This document shows, piece after piece, positions 38,601 to 52,034 of a stretch of DNA of 64,000 bases. The stretch's first letter is position 1, and the number at the start of each line of letters is the position of its first letter. This DNA comes from Bilabrum cf. latius. Lineage: Eukaryota. A model generated the notes under the pieces. It ran no database searches. It had not been told where the DNA came from and saw only the letters and a program-made list of their open reading frames with translations. The stretch is from NCBI GenBank assembly GCA_965178125.1, contig OZ237753.1, forward strand, positions 186,001 to 250,000. The letters are read 5' to 3'. The position numbers and the translations under genes were made by a program.

Positions 38601-41600
38601 GGCATCGAGGCGGGCCTGGGCGATGTGGATGGAGATGGCATGAACGATATCGCTGTGAGCGCGCCGGAGTGGGACCATCCGTCTCGCAGCGATGCCGGTC
38701 GTGTGTTTGTGATGTTCCTGCGTGGCAATGACACGGTGCGAGACTTCACGATTCTGTCTGTGGCGAGTGGTCAGGGACTGGAGTCGCTGATGACTGGGCG
38801 TATATGGCTGGGTCGCGGGATGGCCGCCATGCCGCCGAGACAGGCCGGCAATCCTGTGGACCTGGTGCTGAGCCATGTGACTGTTGCAGAGCTCCACGTG
38901 GTCCGGCTGTCATCGAGTGGGACTGTCATTCCGGGATCCATCCAGACCATCGGGGACGGTCAGGGCGGCATGCCACCAGGCAGCATCGACTCTGGTGGCT
39001 AGTTCGGCGCCACGATTCATCTGGCTGGTGACATGGACGGCGATGGGATCCCGGACCTGGTGGTATCAGCACCGAGTGACGACACCGACGGGTCCGACAC
39101 GGGTGCAGTGTATATTCTGTACATGCAAGGCGGGGACCAGCCGGATCCGGTGCGGACGTACACGCGGATCTCTCGGCTTGGCTCAGCACTGATGCCGTTC
39201 CTGCCCAACGCAACGACACTGGACGCAGCTGCACCAGCGGGCGATGTGGACGGGGACGGCGTGATGGATCTGGTGATCGGCATGCGTGACTTCGAGCCTT
39301 TCCCGGTCACTACAGCAGAAGAGGGTGCCATCGCCGTGATGTTCATGGGTGGTGCATTACCCAGTGCGTCCCCAACCAGCACACCAACACCGTCTGTGAC
39401 TCCGTCTATGACTCCATCCCAGAGCCCCACTCCCTCTGTCACGCCATCCACCAGCTCGACACCGTCGGTATCGCCCGCGCTCGCTGGGACGGTGCTGTCG
39501 GCCGTACTGCAGATACCGCCCATCGATGACAACATGGATCAATTCTTCGGAAGTCACGTCGTATCAATCGGCGATCTGGACGGCGACGGCATCGAGGAGC
39601 TGGCCGTGTATTCGGAGCTGGACAGGGAGGCTGGATTCTGGGCAGGCGCTGTATGGATCATGTTCCTGCATCGCAATGGCACCACGCGCGAGTTCGTGAA
39701 GATCTACAGCAACTCCGATGGAGTGCCAATTCCCAGTCCGCAGGTCTTTCAAAGCCGCTTCGGGGCCAGTCCATCGCGGCTGGACCAGCCCAGTGGCGAT
39801 GATGGTCACATGCCTCGTCTGGTGGTCGGGGCCTACAGGCAGGATTCCAGCTTCGGCGCTGTGTACATTCTGAGGCTACGATCCAACGGCACGGTTGCGC
39901 ACATGCAAGGCATCTTTGACGGCGTCGGTGGGTTGCCCTCGGGCACGATATCGGGTGCGGACAACTTCGGGCACGGCATCGAGGCGGGCCTGGGCGATGT
40001 GGATGGAGATGGCATGAACGATATCGCTGTCAGCGCGCCGGAGTGGGACCATCCGTCTCGCAGCGATGCCGGCCGTGTGTTTGTGATGTTCCTGCGTGGC
40101 AATGACACGGTGCGAGACTTCACGATTCTGTCTGTGGCGAGTGGTCAGGGGCTTGATTCTGTAGAAGCAGTTAGCATTTGGAGTGGTAACGGGATGGTCG
40201 GTCGTGGGATGGCCGCTATGCCGCCGAGACAGGCCGGCAATCCTGTGGACCTGGTGCTGAGCCATTCGTTCTTTAGTCGTGTCTATGTGATTCGTCTGGC
40301 ATCGAACGGCACCGTCATTCCGGGATCCATCCAGACCATCGGGGACGGTCAGGGCGGCATGCCACCAGGCAGCATCGACTCTGGTGGCTAGTTCGGCACT
40401 ACGGTTCATCTGGCTGGCGACATGGACGGCGATGGGATCCAGGACCTGGTAGTGTCAGCACCACGAGACGACACCGACGGGTCCGACACGGGTGCAGTGT
40501 ATATTCTGTACATGCAAGGCGGGGACCAGCCGGATCCGGTGCGGACGTACACGCGGATCTCTCGGCTGGAGCCAGCGCTGATCAGGTTCCTGACGAATGC
40601 GACCCATTTCTCATCAGCAGCACCAGCGGGCGATGTGGACGGGGACGGCGTGATGGATCTAGTGATCGGCATGCGTGACTTCGAGCTGGTGGACAGGGCA
40701 TTGCCAGACGATGGAGCCTTCTTGGTGTTGCTGATGGGCGGAATGGTGCCCAGTGTGTCACCGTCCATCACGCCATCAATCAGCGTGACTCCCTCCGCCC
40801 CACCCTCTATAAGCTCAACGCCCTCAGTATCGCCGGCGCCTGCAGGGACCGTACTCTCAGCGGTATTACATCAGCCCCCTACCAATGACGCAAATGACCA
40901 GTGGTTTGGCAGCAATGTGGCATCGATCGGCGATTTGGATGGCGACGGCATTGACGAGCTGGCCGTCCTCTCTGAACTCGACGACTCCGGTGGCACTCAC
41001 TCTGGTGCGGTGTGGATCCTGTTCCTGTACCAAAACGGCACGATCCGTGAGTCTGTGAAGATCTACAGCCAATCGAGCGGCCTATCAGAGACCATCCCAG
41101 CCAACAGCCGTTTTGGAAACGGCCCGTCGCGTCTGGACCAGCCTAACGGCGATAGTGGGCACTTGCCTCGGTTGGTTGTGGGAGCGACTTAGCAAGAATC
41201 GTGGTATGGTTCGGTGTACATCATGCGACTGCGTCCAGATGGTACCGTGGCGCACACGCAGCGCATCTTCACCGGCGTCGGTGGCCTACCCAACGGCACA
41301 TTGTCTGGCGCTGAGCTCTTTGGGCAAGGTATCGAGGCGGGCCTGGGTGATGTGGATGGAGATGGCATGAATGACATCGCTGTGGCGGCTCCTCAATGGG
41401 ATCACCCATCGCTCAGTCGCGCCGGCCGTGTGTTTGTGATGTTCCTGCGTGGCAATGACACGTTGCGAGACTTCACGATTCTGTCTGTGGCGAGTGGTCA
41501 GGGGCTGGAGTCTTTGGGCACAACGAATATCTGGCTTGGCCGTGGAATTGCTGCAATACCCCCAAGATAGGCTGGAAATCCTGTGGATCTGGTGCTGAGT

Positions 41601-44600
41601 CAAAGTCCCAGCAGCTTGTTGCATGTTATACGTCTGGCATCGAACGGCACCGTCATTCCGGGATCCATCCAGACCATCGGGGACGGTCAGGGCGGCATGC
41701 CACCAGGCAGCATCGACTCTGACTGGTAGTTTGGTAACACTATATGTCTAGTTGGCGACATGGATGGGGATGGTACCCAAGACTTGGTCGTGTCAGCGCC
41801 GCTAGACAGTATGGATACCCCCGGCAGGGGTGCAATATACATCCTATACATGCAAGGAGGTGACTAGCCGGATCCGGTGCGAGCCTTCACGCGAATCTCT
41901 CGAGCAGACCCGGCGCTGATCGGCTTTCTGTCAAATGCAAACGAAGTCTCTGCTGTAGCATCAGCTGGTGATGTGGACGGAGATGGTGTGGTGGATCTGG
42001 TGCTTGGCCTGAAGACGCTTGGAACATAGGGCTCTATCGCCGTCGTGTTAATGGGAGGAGTAGTGCCGAGTGTGTCACCTTTTGTGACTCCCAGCAGCAG
42101 CACCGCTCCTTCGGTCAGTTCGAGTATTGTCGCAACTGCAATAGCACCGTCAGCGACCTCAAGCAGCTCGCCAGTACCTCCTGGTGCCTCAGTCGGAACG
42201 TCCCCTTCTAGCCCGTCCTCACCAACACCAGCACCCAGCCCTGAGCCAGCGGCATTTCTAGAGGTGCGCGCCGAGGGCTCCGTACTCCCTGGGTTGACGC
42301 TCCCGGTTGGACTTGATATGTTTGATTTTTAGGCTCTCGAACCGGTGCAACTTGGCCCAGATGGAGGCAGGTACAGGAATTCGACAGTTCGTGCGGTGGC
42401 GCAGGAAGGTGCGCTTCTGAGTCTTGCTGTGTCTCTGTCTCACCCCATGGGTGGAGCTGGGGCAAGGATATCCCTCGGCGAGATAGCTGATGGTGCGTTT
42501 CCAGGCACTGACTCTAGGTGTGTTGTCATTGTGCAGCTTCCGCTGCTGCATCGTGGGAAAGACCTGCGATAGATGGTGCGAGATAACGAGGTGCTGTCGT
42601 ACGTCACAAGAGACAGCGGATCGGACTCGTTGTAGCTGCAAGTGCGCTTACCTAGTGATAGATCGACAGGGATCGACGGTTGCCCGGCGCTAGAATTTGG
42701 TTTCGTGCTTGAGACTCTGGAAGGATCCTCGGAGCTGTCAAGGGCAGACATTAATGTGCAGCAGAGGGACAACGATCAGGCTGGGCTACTCGTCTTTGGG
42801 GCTCCAGGTGATCTTGGAACCCAAGATATGCCTGCCGGACTTGTCCTAAGGTACGATTCAAGCAGAAACTCGACGTAGGGTTTACCGTTGTACCTGTTGG
42901 CGGCGGACGAGGGCTCCAATGGGGGTTCTGCTGTGACATTAGAGGGAGATTCAGTATTCGTAGGGGTTGCGCTTACGGTATAGCCTGAGGGTTCAGTGCG
43001 AGTCAGCATCAGCGCCGTGCATTCTGCGACAGTTCTTCCGGACTCCATGACCACATTGTCAAACTCATCGCTTGTATTTTCTCCCTCCAACTGGAACATA
43101 CCGCAGGCCGTCAAGGTGCAAACACGCACAGACGGTGCTGTGAAGCAAGCCGGTCGTGCTGTTCGGATTGGGGTAATGATAGACCCCACTGAGACAATAG
43201 ACACGGTATACAGCGACCTAGTCTTAACCCATACCGAGACTCGCGGAAACGTGACGTTCACCCTGCCACTAAGAGAAAGGGACTAGATTGGTGTTGAGGT
43301 GTCGCCACAGGACGCGATCGTGGCAGTCACCGAGGCGGCTCCAAGCAGTGCAGCCTATGTGCACCAGGACGCATTTATCACCATGAGGTTGCAGAGCCGA
43401 CCGATTGCGCCGGTGCAGGTCACATTGGAATTGCGTGAACAGTCCCTCGGGTACCTTGCGGTGGTTGGCCCGGCCACGCGGACGATCCAGCGTGCAGACT
43501 GGCGGGAAGCAGTGTCGTTCACGCTTCGCAGCGACCCCACCACTGCTCTATCCACTACAATTGCCGCAACAGTGCTGGTCGATAGCTCAGTAGAGCTCGT
43601 CCTGACTAGCTCAGACCCGCAATATGATACTGACACGCAGCAATCCATCGGAGCAAAAGCAACAAGCAACCCATTGGCTGAAACTGATGGGCTCACTGTA
43701 GTACAAGTGCGAGAAGTAATCGAACCAGCTGATCGCCCCGTTGAGACAATGTACGTGGACGCCCCACGGCTGCAACTTGCCCGACTGCTCGAGGTGGTGC
43801 ATGGTGTTGCCATTGAATTCGACCGCAATACCAACATGGGTGGGCGTTCCGTACTGGTGGGGCTTCCACATAGCCTCGAAACGCAAGCTGCAGCTTCTTC
43901 GATCGTACGTTTGATCCGTACGGGCGGGTTTTCTTGCTCTGCATCGCCGAGCGTACTAAAATAGTCCACGGTTGACGTATTGCTCGGCGGTGAGGGCGCC
44001 ATGTGCGCCTGGCACACAACAAGGAGGCTGCTGGCTGTGCCGACAGATGCGGCCGTTCAGTAGGGAAACCTAGTAGCAGGAGCTCCCGTCGTGATCAATG
44101 GAGGGCTGGTACGAGCCGCGGACGTTCAGCTCCAGAACACACTTCTGCAACGAGCCGAGTATGCTTTTGCTTTCGGGTAGAATACACTGCGAGACCGGCA
44201 GCCGGCGCCCCAAGTCTAGTCTGCGGTGTTTGATGCTTTCGGGTCGAGGATTCAGGTGACCTTTGTGTCTGATGTTGACGGGGTGATTGGAATCAGCAGG
44301 CAACAGACAGGTGCCTGCAGCGAGATCATTTCCAACGTGGCCGGTGTCCTTGCAGCGCAGGCGACAGGTGCGTAGGGCTAGACGGCATGGTGCGCATTCC
44401 GGTCGCCCAGGCAGCTGGACGTGTATCTCGGGCCCGGTGCCGGTGTTGTGCCGCTGCGACCCTGGAGCGGTGTAGTGTCTTGCTTGCACACTGCCGGCAC
44501 GGATGACGTTGCTCAGCTGTCGCAGCTCAGGTTCCGCGGTGGGGTGCTCCGGTCGGCGCCATTCTCGCTGAATTCGATGCAATCTACCTGCGTGCAAGTT

Positions 44601-47600
44601 GAGCCCCCAAGAGTCGCAGTTGAAGTGCCCGTGGCTGTGATCTAGGCCGCAGCAGAGGTTGGACCATGCGACACCATCGAGGCTTCTGCTGTTTCGTCGT
44701 ATGGTAGCCTAGGCAGAGACATGTCATTCCAGTGGTCTCTCGTTTCTATGCAAGGATCTGGTGTGACAAACGCTCACCGACAGGAGATTTAGCGATTCCT
44801 GGATGGGACTGCGGGAAGATAGCCATCCATAATACTGCCTCGGGCCGCAGCGGCTGCAGCTGTGAATGTTACACTCGGCGTCTAGGTGGGTAGTTTCCTG
44901 TCTGCAGCAACCGGATCCGCAGTGGTCTTCGTGAGGCGCAGGTCGGAAAATGTGCCAAGGATCTCGATTGTTGGGGGCTCGTTGGTAGAAGCCGGGTCTC
45001 TACGTGACATCGTTCTGCAGACCAGAGTGCTTGCATCTCCGTGTGTCGATGCAAGTGTCCGACAGGATCCAGTAGAATGGAGCTTGGTCAGCGCGCTGCC
45101 AACGGCTGGTCGTTCCGACCCGTCCATCCCCAGCGGACTTCTAAACGCTGCTCAACTGGCTGGGTTTAGGCGGGAGCGAGGCCGGCAGCTCGTCATCCCT
45201 GCAGGCACACTCAGACCGGGAAGGACATACGTTCTGTAGGCGACGGTCCGTCAGAGGCTACAAGTAAGCACCGCCGCGCCCGTTGCCGTAGTGTCCACCG
45301 CCGAGGTTTCAGTGGTGTCAAAGCCGAGCGGTGTCTGGGCTACCATTGCAGGTGGAAGCTTTCGTCTTGCTTCGAACCTGCAGTAGATCGAGCTGGACGC
45401 CCGAGGATCTGCAGATCTCGATGTCACCGGGCGTGCGCTTGGCATGGAATGGTCTTGCGTTTCGCTGTACAGCGGTCTTAAAGATGCCATTGCTGTGGAG
45501 CAGGCTGCAAGAGCTGCGTCAGAGGTCGTATCGCTGCATCAGGGCCAGCCTTGCCCTGGGCTAAACCTGTCTGATTCCTCTCGGTTCCTGCCACTCATGC
45601 CCGTTACTTCAGCCCTGCGAGGTGACCAGCAGAGCGCTGCTGCTAGGAGTGGTCCAGTCCTTAGGCTGCCGGCGGAAGCTATTGCTCCTGGCAGCGTGGT
45701 TGCTCTGACTCTAGCTATTGTTCGAAATCCCGGACCCAGCGGTGCATCGAACTTGCTGTTTCCTCTGCGCCGAATTTCTTCGACTGCAACCACTGTGGTT
45801 GGTGCGCTGCCAGTTCCCACCGATCACGATCCTCAGGAGAGGGCAGCGCCCCGGGTGCAGATTCGCGTGGATCCGGCATCGTTGATCCTGGGTGGACAAA
45901 CAGAGGAAGGCGTTCCACTGATTAACCCCCAAAGGAAGCTGATAGTGCGAACAGATCTAGTAGACGCCAGTAGCGGGAAATTTTTGTCTTCTCAGGAGCT
46001 TCCGTTCGATATCCGCGCACACTATGACGTGCTACAAGGGGCATCGGGGGAACAAGAACTTTCGGCCGAAATTTTCAGTGGCAGGCCAACTCTTCGGCAA
46101 GCAGTTGTGCGTTCCTCGGATCTTCTGGAAGGCTCGTTGTACAGGGTGCGCGTTCGTGCGACAAGTGCGTCACTTTAGTGGGATGTTGTTTCCATCATTG
46201 TGGTGGCCACGAATGCACCCCCATCTTCTGGACACCTGTCAGTTGGGGGCTCTATCGGCAACCAGGGTACTGCAGTAACCGTTGGTCTGCTCGACTAGTC
46301 AGCAGACGGACTGCAGCTTTAGGCCATAGGGTGGACCGACGAAACCGGTCACCTGCCCCTTCGATACCGATTCGGATACTACCGCCTTCCTCTGCATCTT
46401 TCAACGAGAGCTGCGATCGGAGACCTCCCTGACTCAGAGCTAGGGTCCTACATTATCGGAAGCTCAAGCTCGGAATACGTTCCTTTGCATCGTGGTTTCA
46501 CGCAGTCGCCTGTGCTCAATGGCGTGCGGATCAGTCCAAGTGAGGATGTCAAGGACGCACTGATGAGTGCACCCGATGTGGCGCAGGCCGTGGTGCTGAG
46601 CGTGAGGGTCAGAGACCAGCTGGGTGCAACGGTTGAGTCGATATATGCCGTTGATGGCACTCCTGTTCTTGTGCGGGTGCTCGGTGTCGATTCTGCCACA
46701 TCAAGTGGCAACAACAACGCGACCGCGGTTGCCGAAGAGCGCCTCAACTCGCTCGTGAATAGCGCAGAAGTATTGGGCAATGAAATTGAGTACCTGGCTG
46801 TGGACGAGGTGCTGTCCGTGCTACAGACCCTGTCGGGTCAGGTTGGGGCACTCCCTCAATCAGTTGGTCTAGAAAGCACTCGCTCGTGCAATGCAAGCAA
46901 CTGCCAGCCCGCGCCTGGTAGCGACAACGTAGCACAGTGCTTCAGGGGTCGCTGCCTGGTCGGTCCGTCAATACTGCCACCTGGGCAAATCACCGGTGAA
47001 GCAACGTCACTGCAGGCGTGTCCCGGTTCCTCCACTATTGTAGCGGCAGCTAGTGGCAGAACACCTGCTGTGGAGTGCAGCGGGCATGGGGTCTGTACCA
47101 GGATTCCGAATGAGGCAGCGTGCGCATCTGGTGTGAGCACTTTCGGTTGTGCGGCTGTATGCAGGTGTGACGAAGGCTGGAACGGACGAAGATGTGACGT
47201 GAGTGGAGATCTCTTAGCCGTCGTGCAAAGTGCCAGGGCGGTAGCTGTGAACGTGCTCCGCTCATCGCTTGGGTAGCTGGAAGTAGCAACGCCGAATGAA
47301 GCCGAGCAGGCTATGAGCGTGATCGCAGATCTATTCAGCGACCCCGGTGAGATGAAAGCAAGCAACCGTCAGCAGCTCCAGTCCACTGTTCAGTCGTTGC
47401 TGGGCAAAGTGCTAGAGAATGCCGGTGAGTAGCGTTAGTCATCTGATAGCAACAGCACCTAGCAATCCATTGACGGGCTTGAAATTCTTCTGGAGGAGTA
47501 TGGTCAGTAGGATGCCTTAGGATTAGACCCCTCGGCTGTTCGTAGAACGCTGCAGTCCGTTCGAAGAGAAATCTTTGGGCTGCTGCAGCTTGCGCTCTCC

Positions 47601-50600
47601 GCAGACGGCAGGCCTGCGAGACGTCTGTCCGACGACGGAGGTGCCAGGTCTATGCAAGACAGTGACTCCAGCCTTGTCGGTCTTCTTCAGCAGCTAGGCA
47701 ACTACCGGCAGTCAACAGACGGTACCATGCAGCGGCTGGCGGCTAGTGCTGCGATCGACGTCGTGCCCGGAGAGGCTCCTCTGGTGCTGTCAATGCCTGG
47801 CGCCGCAACACTACAGGTGGAGCGGTTGACTGCTACCGAAGAATCGCTTGCCTTGGGTTCAGCTTCAGTAGCTGCAGGCGTGGATGCAATTGGAGCACTG
47901 CCGTTGCTGGAAGCGACTGGCCAGGCAAATGCGACCGATGTCCGGGTAGTGCAGTGGCAGGTATCACCGCAGGCTCCATCTGACCAGCTTGTGCCAGCTA
48001 GTGAGAGAGAGCAGCGCCCAGCTTAGTTCGTATCTGTGTCATTGGCAACTGCTGGGTCGGTTGAAGAGAACAGCGTGTCCGATCTTGCGTGCCCCGTTAT
48101 CGTGAGGGTATCAATGCGACCGGATGCGTCTCTCGACGATTTCGTGTGCACTGGGCTGGATGGTGCCAGTTATGCCGATGAATCGACGAGCGGCCTGGTG
48201 CTCATTCGCGTGGAGATCAACCCGGCGACAGGGGCGCGGGTTGCCGTGTGCGCCACCACACACCTGTCCGATTTCACGGCGGTTGTCCGGAGAGACTTAC
48301 CCACGGTGAATCGTGTGGATCCTGTGGGAGATGCTGGGCTGTTGAGAAACTACCTTAGACCCGAAAACCTGTTTCCAGTGATTGTGCTTGGTGTGTTGCT
48401 CCTGGCATTTGCTTTTGCTTGGGTCACTTCCGCAATCGTGGAGGGCTGGCGCAGGCCCGAGCTCAGGAAGCTGAGGCAGGCCCACATGCTTCGATTCGGA
48501 CACATCCAGCGGGCCGTCGGCATGGAGCAGCTGCACATCGAGGACCAGCTGGAGGTGTACCTCAAGGTGCTGCAAAGGCACAGGAGAGGAATCGTCGAGG
48601 AGCAGAAGAGGAGACGACAGGCAGCTGCCAGGCGAGGGTCAACTGCGGCTTTGCAGTCGGGCGACATAGCAGAAGCAGCAGCAGGTAGGCCCATGCTGTC
48701 GTACTCACCAGGGCCGAGGAGCAAATCCAGTCGTGGGGAGGGCATGTCACTGTCAACCGGAGCTGACGTGACCGCGATGAGCATCGGTGGTATTTCTGTG
48801 AGGCAGGCGGATGAATCGACTGGCGAGGTACTAGGCAGTCCTGCGGGTCCAACCAAGGTGCATTCACCATAGTTCCAGGACATCGCGCCCAAAGAATCGC
48901 CAAATTTCCCCGAAAAGTATGTGAGAGATGATAGCACGGTGGCGTCATTGAAGCGACCTGCGGGCGCATAGGGTGCAGCAAAGGGTGGAGCCAAGGGTGG
49001 AGCCAAGGGTGCGGTAGCATTGGTAGTGGCCGCGGAGAGCGATCCCATGCCTATACCTGCTGGAAAAGATGACGCAGAAGAGCTCAGGGGCGCAACTGCA
49101 ACCAGTGTACTAGAGGAGGAACTGTACGCCGTGTACCCGCCCTACGTTGACCTGTAGCAGATTGAAGCCGCCGTGCGTGGAGAGGAAGAGGGACTCCGGG
49201 CGCAGCTGGAGGAAATCAGGCAGGACAAGGAAGACGCCAGGCATGAGTGGATGGACCTTCGACAGCGAGGCACGCTCTGGCTCGTAGTGGCCTACCTGAC
49301 CCAGCAATGGCTTGACGGCTTAAGGAGAGGACACATGTGGGGCAGCATCTTCTTTACTCCAAAAGAGGACCTGCTGGTGGTGACCCGGCCCTAGCGGCTG
49401 CTGATCCTGACGGCCACCTGCCTGACCTCGATGGCCATCAATGCCATTTTCTTCGGAAGCAACGCCGAAAGAATCTCTGCCAGGTTCATCTCCGCCGCCA
49501 TCTCGGCGGCCTCAATGATCCCGGTAAAGCGGCTGTCTCCGTTCCTGTTTGCCTTTATCAACACGTTCCGTGCCGCCAGTCTAGATGTGTCCTATGCTGT
49601 CAGGCAGCAACGGTCCATCGATCTGGCCAAGCGTAAGCAGCAGGTGCTCGCTGCCCTGCAGGAAGAACACACGCAAGTAGTACTGACGTCTGCACCTTCT
49701 TTCATGGCGCGCCCGCAAGCATCGGCCAAAAGTACTGGACCAACCGTTGGATCAGGCAGCGCAGTAGCTGCGGTTGAGGATATGCAGCTACAAACTATTT
49801 AGAGCGAGGACAGCGATGCAGATGACGAAAGCGCGTCTGACCTTGCGGCTGTGACAGCCAAGGATCACGACCCTCCGTCGTCTAGGCCGAGCGTCAAGAT
49901 CAGTGCGAAGGGAGGCGCGGCTGCAGGCAGCACACCCTTGGCCGGGAACCGAAACAAGGCAGCCTACCTTGACATGCGCACGCTCGGCTCTACCATAGGA
50001 ACTCCCGTCGGTACATTCAGCACGCCTGGCGGGCAGCGCGCGTTCTGGGGCTCGACCACCGACATTGATTCCGTGATTCCAGTGGAAGGGGTTTTTGCGG
50101 CTCTTCAGCACGTAGAGAACAAGAGCCCTAGACTGTCGTCCACAGCGGCTGCCACCGATGAGGACCCACTGTCCGCAGCACAGGGGGCGGAGCAGCTGGC
50201 TTAGCGCGCCAAGGAATCGGCTCCCGCCGTATCTCATGCTGTGGTGACTGCACTCACCGAGCTTGATGCCGCCGTGGAGTGGTTCGTGTACAAGCGGCAT
50301 GGATCGGCTAGTGAAACGCTGACCACAATGGAGGACGTGCGGGCCATTCTCTTGCAGGTGGTGGCTCATCCCGGGCTCTCTGCCGATTCGGCCAACCTGG
50401 GCGCTCTCTCACCTAGAGTGGGTGAGTCTGTGGATAGGCTATCACGGGTTGTTGCTGCCTCCGTCGGTCAAGAGGATGATCCTGAAGCTGTGAGTGCCTT
50501 GGTGAGCTCAGCTGCTGCGCAGTCCAAGGCCCGTGCCGCTCGAGAAAGGGCCACTGTGCTCGCTGCCGCGCTCGCTCGCCGGGTTCAGCTCGAATCCACC

Positions 50601-52034
50601 GGTGGATAGCCGCAGAACACGAATGCCATCATTTAGCCGCGGCGCGAGTCGCTGCAGCGAACGCATTCCAAGTACGCAGCTGGAAATGCCGAGTCTAGGA
50701 ACGACTCGGTATCTGGGACTTCGAATGAGGGTGCCCTGATCGCGAGCGAAGATGCAGACTCCGCAGATCTCACGGACGCGAGAGAGAACTGGGCCGTGCT
50801 GGAGGCCGAGTTCGAGGCGACGTGCCGGCGAGTGCTTAGAAGCCTTCGCTTGGCAACCGCAGCTGCATCCAGAACTCATCCACCCGCAGGGGGTATGCAT
50901 ACGGATGGCGGGAAACGACAGGCTGGGCGGCGCGGCTTGCGGCGGGGCGGGGCAAAGGCGCCACTGCCCGAGCCTTGGCTGCGGCCCTGGCTAAATGCCC
51001 TTGGTATTGTGTCCATGGTGTGGGTGTGGGCAGGCTTCGTGGGAATGATACTCGGGCTGTACCTGCTGAGCGCAGAGGTGTGGGCGGACTAGGGAGGAGC
51101 GGCTGGTTCGATCGCCCTACTGGCCGGAATCGGCCTGTGCATGCTGGTCCTGGGCACAGTGTCGTTCATTCAGTCCAGAAGGGGCTGGGTTTACAATGCG
51201 CTGTATGCCCTCGGGCCTGCGATCCTGCTGCAGACGGCTGGCGGGATCCTATTCGCTGTGTTCTCTCTGCCATTCGCCGTCGAGGCGGCCGGCATCGTGA
51301 TCGGCTTGCAGGTGCTGCCTGCCCTGTTCATTCTTGCAGGGTACTTCATCTTCGAGTGCTTCAGGGGTGCACTGTACGACAGTGGCCAGGAGCAGATCCG
51401 GATCGGGGCCCGGGTGCGTGAGGCTATGGGCGGCAGCGACACAAAGTTCAAGGAGTCTGCCGTGAGAATCGTGAAGCTGCTCAAGAGAAGGAGGGCTGTG
51501 ATCAGGAGGAGGAGGCAGCAGCAGGTGCAGGACTGGGAGCAGGCTTGGTGGGACAGGAGCCTGATGATCGGGCTGGTGTACGGCGTGATGCTCGTGGTGG
51601 TGGGCTTCATGTTCTACCTGTGCTGCCTGTACGGGATCCTGTTCACTCCCGAGCAGGCGAGGGCGTGGGTCATTGCCAGCCTGGTCTCCTTCACAATCGA
51701 TATTGTGCTCCAAGAGCCGCTGGTGCAGCTGGGCAAGGTCCTACTCTTCTTCCTGTGGAAGCTAGGCAGCGACTCTGCCAGGGCCATCGTGGTGGCCTCT
51801 GTGGCAGCCAGGGCCGGGGTTGACAACCTCCACGATTCGCCCGGGGCGCCGGCGAACGAGGGCCGGGGTCGCATGAGCAATTCCCGGCGGTCTGCCAAAG
51901 TCAGCGATTCAAGCGGCTTGTCGGACGACGAGAGGAAGGGTGCAGGGGGCAAAGGAGCAGCAGCGGTGTCCAGCGACGTTCGCCAGGGGGGTGTTGCGCT
52001 CGAGGATCTTATCCTGCGGGAGAGCCTTCATTGA
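29694..52034 (+). CDS. Giant polycystin-1-like membrane protein (~7446 aa) with ~9 FG-GAP modules, REJ-like region, EGF-like, GPS and multiple TMs
   Basis: All + strand ORF fragments from 29826 to 52034 share one frame and are separated only by TAG (~45 by hand); the end is TGA 52032-52034. REJ-like motifs CDTIEASAVSSYGSLGRDMSFQW, IAGGS..LDARGSADLD, NAPPSSG and WTDETGHLPLRYRF. GPS CATTHLSDF at 48249-48275. Polycystin-type HMWGSIF..TRP[TAG]RL..MAINAIFFG and LYGILF..AWVIASLVSF..LQEPL. Exact start is uncertain. Confidence 0.85.
31180..42070 (+). repeat. Intragenic tandem array: 2742-bp A+B unit x3 plus diverged A'/B' (sub-period ~1371 bp, ~457 aa)
   Basis: Identical landmarks recur every 2742 bp (31259/34001; ORF-track duplicates at 31607/34349/37091/39833) and at +1371 (32978). 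Modules are separated by SPSxTPS linkers. Confidence 0.95.

Noticed and set aside
29694-52034. Pyrrolysine insertion or programmed readthrough as the explanation for the TAGs
   Set aside because: There are dozens of TAGs per gene, tandem TAG TAG pairs, no shared downstream context, and alignment to Gln. The sequence is also eukaryotic, with spliceosomal introns.
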